Positions 16,824-20,529 of a stretch of 20,529 nucleotides of DNA are shown here, piece after piece. Numbering within the stretch: position 1 is the stretch's first letter; each line of letters starts with the position of its first letter. This DNA comes from Calditrichaceae bacterium (GTDB lineage: Bacteria; Calditrichota; Calditrichia; Calditrichales; JBFXGD01): NCBI GenBank assembly GCA_050178385.1, contig JBFXGD010000056.1, positions 1 to 20,529 on the forward strand. The letters are read 5' to 3'. The position numbers were made by a program, and so were the translations under genes. The notes below the pieces were generated by a model, which saw only the letters and a list, made by a program, of their open reading frames with translations, had not been told where the DNA came from and did not search any database.

Positions 16824-18020
16824 ATGCCTGATAATTTTTTACTGATCGGTGTTGACGGCGGAGCCACAAAAATAAATGCCTGTGTTATTAATAGAGATCA
16901 AAACAATTTGTTTTCGCGCGGAAATTTATCTGCCGAGATTGCTTATTCGGAAATACACGGTTATCTCAGCAATTTTTCTCCCATAGATATACGGACACAA
17001 TTAGTTGAGCGTGAAAATCATTCCGTAAATCTCACTCTTGAAGAAGAACAGCAGGGCTCTGTAATCATAGAGGCCTGTGCACAGGCGATCGAATTCATCG
17101 CAAAAAAAAGCGGTCATCAGAATATTATTGCCGGTATCGGTTTTCCCGGTCTAAAAACCGGCGATAAGCGAGGCATTGAAGCGATGGCCAACGGGCCGAG
17201 AATGGTTCATTTATCGGACTTGCTTGAAAAACGGCTTCAAATGAAATCAATAAATTTTGTCACTCCTGTTAATCAATTGGGCAGCGACGCTGATTATTGC
17301 GGAATCGGCGAGAATTTTTCTCAAAACGGGCTTTTTAGGGACGTATCCACCGCTTACTATCTTGGAGGGGGCACGGGTGCCGCTGATGCGCTAAAAATCG
17401 AAGGTGAGCTCATTCCCTTCGACCGGATTAAAGACTGGATGGCGAAATCCTGGGAAATGAAAAATTCAAAAAATGTTTCATTGGAGCAATATACTTCAGC
17501 AGGGGGTATTCAAAAAATATATGCTGTTAACATGGGAGTAGATCCGGCGGAAATAACAGGAAATAACATCTTCCCTGATGAGATAGCCAGACGCGCTGTC
17601 AATGGTGACTCAGCGGCGCAAGATACGTTCAGTCAGGTATCACAAAATCTTGCCATGCTTTTATTTGAGCGTATTACGACTCTTTATGCCGGGTGGCTTT
17701 CTAAATTCACCTTTTTAAATCCCGACCGTCAAATTCCGAAAAAAAATCATCCCTGCCGCGGGAAATATTTTGACAGGATTGTCATAGGTCAGAGACTGGG
17801 AGAATTATGGAACTCTCCTGCCGGAGATAAGCTTATCCGGATGCCGGTGGAAGATGCTCTGGATGATTTAATTCAAATGGAACCTGCTCTCGATTTATCC
17901 GCAAAGAAATATTACAAATCACCCGGCAGGCTTATTAAAATATCCGAATTGCGCGATGCGCCGGCTATTGGCGCCGGAATAGACGCTTTTATGAACTGGA
18001 AAAACCAAAATAAGGATTAA
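16824..18020 (+). CDS. Divergent ROK/ASKHA-family sugar kinase
   Basis: IGVDGGATK (phosphate-1), GIGFPG, SDADYCGIGE (compare NDANAAALGE), LGGGTG, LEQYTSA and APAIGAG. The likely start is ATG at 16824; the ORF track uses TTG at 16806. Confidence 0.8.
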   Translation: MPDNFLLIGVDGGATKINACVINRDQNNLFSRGNLSAEIAYSEIHGYLSNFSPIDIRTQLVERENHSVNLTLEEEQQGSVIIEACAQAIEFIAKKSGHQNIIAGIGFPGLKTGDKRGIEAMANGPRMVHLSDLLEKRLQMKSINFVTPVNQLGSDADYCGIGENFSQNGLFRDVSTAYYLGGGTGAADALKIEGELIPFDRIKDWMAKSWEMKNSKNVSLEQYTSAGGIQKIYAVNMGVDPAEITGNNIFPDEIARRAVNGDSAAQDTFSQVSQNLAMLLFERITTLYAGWLSKFTFLNPDRQIPKKNHPCRGKYFDRIVIGQRLGELWNSPAGDKLIRMPVEDALDDLIQMEPALDLSAKKYYKSPGRLIKISELRDAPAIGAGIDAFMNWKNQNKD

Positions 18021-19375
18021 TGCAGATGCTCACACCGGATCTCATACCTTCGACAGAACCAATCATCAATGTTGGTATAATCTTACCGGAAGATGATTTT
18101 ACATCTGTTGTCATAAAGACACCGGCAAATAAAGCCTATCTCGTTAAGCTTTATGAACGAAGTATTCCTATTCCCCCGGAAGAAGAAATTTACTTCCACT
18201 TAGAAAAGGGATTGATACATTTCAGGCTTCAGGGCAAAGAATACAAATTCGAGAAAGAAGTTTTCATTTTTTCCGCAAAAAAAGAAACTGAGTTAAAAAC
18301 CGGTGACGGCATCCGGATAAAAAACATTGTTGCCGGACGTGGTTTCCACTGGAATAAATACATTGATGTATTTTTATCCGGCAGTCTTAAGATTCGACCT
18401 TATAAAGATCGCTTAATATTAATAAATGAACTGAGGCTTGAAGAATATCTTATGTGCGTCGCCACATCGGAAATGGGAGCATCATGCCCTTCAGCGCTGA
18501 TCGAGTCGCAAACAATTGCCGCGCGTTCCTGGCTTCTGGCAAATATCGAACAGAAACACAGAAATCTGGACATGGATGTATGCAACGATGACTGCTGTCA
18601 ACGTTACCAGGGCACCGGTCAACTTACAAATCAGTCCGTAGAGGGGGTTAAAAATACCGTCGGACAGATTCTGATGTTTGATGATTATATTTGCGATGCC
18701 CGCTACTCAAAAAGCTGCGGAGGCGTTACCGAGTCATTTGAATCAATATGGCGCGGAGAAGCTGTCCCCTATCTTACCTCCATCATTGACGCGGAAACTA
18801 AACCAGCTGATTTGGAAGGACCGTTGACAGATGATCACTTTTTCCAAAAATGGGTGGAGAATAAACCGGAAACTTTCTGCAGCTCACTAACCACACCCGA
18901 AAACGAGCTCGGAGAGTTCCTTGGGACAGTGGATGAATCCGGACAATACTTCAGATGGAATATTACCATTCCACAGGATGAAATGACTTCTGTAATCAAC
19001 CGGTTTAATCCAATCTCCGCAAAATACATCATGTCCATCAAGCCTCTTAAACGTGGATATTCCGGCCGGATAACACGGTTAATAATCAATTATCTGGATC
19101 AAAACCGCCAAAAAAAAGCTTTGATTCTTGACAGTGAATATTTAATCCGGCAATCATTATACAGGAAGTTTTTATACAGTTCCGCTTTCATTGTGACTGC
19201 CATTGAAGGTCAGACCGGGATTCCTGTCAGTTTTTCCTTGCAGGGTGCCGGTTGGGGTCACGGGGTGGGATTATGTCAAATTGGCGCGTTGGGAATGGCG
19301 CTAACGAACCATTCTACAGAGGAGATTCTGTCCCACTACTACCCCGGCGCTCTCATAAAAAGGATCTATGAATAA
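18020..19375 (+). CDS. SpoIID/LytB-domain protein (lytic transglycosylase family)
   Basis: LEEYLMCVATSEM, QTIAARSW, DVCNDDCCQRYQG, YSKSCGG, GAGWGHGVGLCQIGA and ILSHYYPG. The start overlaps the upstream stop (TAATG); ATG at 18026 is an alternative. Confidence 0.93.
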   Translation: MQMLTPDLIPSTEPIINVGIILPEDDFTSVVIKTPANKAYLVKLYERSIPIPPEEEIYFHLEKGLIHFRLQGKEYKFEKEVFIFSAKKETELKTGDGIRIKNIVAGRGFHWNKYIDVFLSGSLKIRPYKDRLILINELRLEEYLMCVATSEMGASCPSALIESQTIAARSWLLANIEQKHRNLDMDVCNDDCCQRYQGTGQLTNQSVEGVKNTVGQILMFDDYICDARYSKSCGGVTESFESIWRGEAVPYLTSIIDAETKPADLEGPLTDDHFFQKWVENKPETFCSSLTTPENELGEFLGTVDESGQYFRWNITIPQDEMTSVINRFNPISAKYIMSIKPLKRGYSGRITRLIINYLDQNRQKKALILDSEYLIRQSLYRKFLYSSAFIVTAIEGQTGIPVSFSLQGAGWGHGVGLCQIGALGMALTNHSTEEILSHYYPGALIKRIYE

Positions 19376-19416
19376 ATTTATCCCGCTGGTGATTCGCGTT
19401 TAATTCAGGAGAAACC

Positions 19417-20529
19417 ATGGCTTCAGATAAACGGTCACCCTGGTGGTGGCTCCCATCTCTCTATTATGCGGAAGGTCTGCCCTATGTGGTTGTGATGATG
19501 GTCTCGGTGATTATGTACAAAAGGATGGGCATTTCAAATACGGATATCGCGTTGTATACAAGCTGGCTATATCTGCCCTGGGTAATCAAACCGCTCTGGA
19601 GCCCTGTCGTCGATCTTTTGAAAACAAGGCGATTATGGATTATTGTTATGCAGCTGATCATCGGCGCGGGTCTTGGCGGAGTTGCACTAACCATTCCCCT
19701 ACCCGGATTTTTTAAATTCACACTGGGATTTCTCTGGCTGCTGGCGTTTAGCTCAGCAACTCATGACATCGCGGCCGACGGTTTTTATATGCTTGGTCTC
19801 TCAAAACATCAGCAGGCCTGGTTTGTAGGAGTCCGCAGTACGTTTTACCGTCTCGCGATGATTACGGGCCAGGGTGCATTAATCATATTTGCCGGGTTTA
19901 TTGAGAGTCACAGCGGATTCCCGGATACAGGGATTGCCGTCAAAACCGTTAATCATGAACTCGCTCAGGAGCTGATCGGACCGAATGAATTGCCGGAATT
20001 ATCTATCTCCGGACAAAACGGAATTATCATATTTCCCGATCAGATGACTCTCAGTTCTATACCCCGTCCAATAGAAGAAATCGATTCTTTGATTAATTTT
20101 GCTGATATGCAAAACAGCAAATACGGACATACTAAGATTAAAATTCAACAGAATTTGGAAAAATCTGTTTCTGACGCACCTTCAATTAATAATGCAGAAA
20201 AAGCTTCCTGGATCGAAACCTATCTTAAAAAACATTTTGGCCATGTAAAACCTAAGCAAAATAGTGATATGGCGGGTAATGCCGGTTTGATTTTTTTAAG
20301 GCTCTCAGCTCCTCCGGAACCGGATAAGGAAGTGGTTGTAAATTTCGGAAGAGAAACCGGGGATAAAAGTATTTCATTACAGGGAGAGAACCGGTTTATC
20401 TTTAATCAATCAAACTGGAATCAGCCGGCTGTGGCAGTCATACAGGCGGATCCAAGGCTAAAACACTCTGTAAGCGCGTATTTTAAAGCGCAGTCCGGGA
20501 ATATACCACTGGCCTGGTCGCTGAGTTTC
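19417..20529 (+). CDS. AmpG-like MFS permease (PAT family), 3'-truncated by the window end, with a large soluble insert
   Basis: Manually translated and absent from the ORF track. AGGAG RBS at 19407-19411, then 371 open codons: MASDKRSPWWWLPSLYYAEGLPY...LPWVIKPLWSPVVD...SATHDIAADGFY...GVRSTFYRLAM. These motifs match AmpG-type permeases. Confidence 0.92.
   Translation, partial: MASDKRSPWWWLPSLYYAEGLPYVVVMMVSVIMYKRMGISNTDIALYTSWLYLPWVIKPLWSPVVDLLKTRRLWIIVMQLIIGAGLGGVALTIPLPGFFKFTLGFLWLLAFSSATHDIAADGFYMLGLSKHQQAWFVGVRSTFYRLAMITGQGALIIFAGFIESHSGFPDTGIAVKTVNHELAQELIGPNELPELSISGQNGIIIFPDQMTLSSIPRPIEEIDSLINFADMQNSKYGHTKIKIQQNLEKSVSDAPSINNAEKASWIETYLKKHFGHVKPKQNSDMAGNAGLIFLRLSAPPEPDKEVVVNFGRETGDKSISLQGENRFIFNQSNWNQPAVAVIQADPRLKHSVSAYFKAQSGNIPLAWSLSF

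Noticed and set aside
203..19089. Numerous 60-117 aa ORFs overlapping the long genes
   Set aside because: They lie within or largely overlap well-supported CDSs, antisense or out of frame, and have no recognisable motifs.
18020..19375. Sporulation locus
   Set aside because: SpoIID/LytB domains are widespread in non-sporulating bacteria. The neighbouring AmpG-like and Omp85 genes point to a diderm cell-wall context.
19443..19721. ORF-track ORFs 19443-19715 (+) and 19482-19721 (-)
   Set aside because: They are shadow frames of the real AmpG-like CDS that starts at 19417.
1..20529. CRISPR arrays, tRNA/rRNA genes, IS elements, prophage or defence genes, and an apparent abundance of CCGG
   Set aside because: No repeat-spacer structure, RNA-gene pattern, transposase, integrase or nuclease motif was seen. 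CCGG frequency could not be quantified by eye and may simply reflect codon usage.

Overview
Bacterial chromosomal window, roughly 40-45% GC by eye. Gene content suggests a diderm lineage near Bacteroidota, possibly Calditrichota, but this is inference only. No rRNA, tRNA, CRISPR array or mobile element was recognised. The minus strand (181-13720), read in transcription direction, carries a multi-PAS/GAF hybrid histidine kinase, an ArsC/LMW-PTP-fold protein, an IT-superfamily antiporter and a terminator, then mutL, miaA, a POTRA-less Omp85 barrel, pyk, lplA, an SDR and an EVE-domain protein. The plus strand (13830-20529) carries rlmI and an apparent peptidoglycan-recycling operon: tandem-GT2 glycosyltransferase, divergent ROK/ASKHA kinase, SpoIID/LytB and an AmpG-like MFS permease. 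The permease runs off the window end and is missing from the ORF track. Three observations stand out. (1) Two neighbouring genes look like pseudo-enzymes: the kinase has Glu in place of its phosphoacceptor His (AHDFNN to AEDFNH), and the ArsC-fold protein lacks its catalytic Cys and Arg. (2) The AmpG-like permease has a ~190-aa soluble insert with an Ig/Calx-beta-like signature. (3) An atypical sugar kinase sits in the GT2-SpoIID-AmpG cluster.
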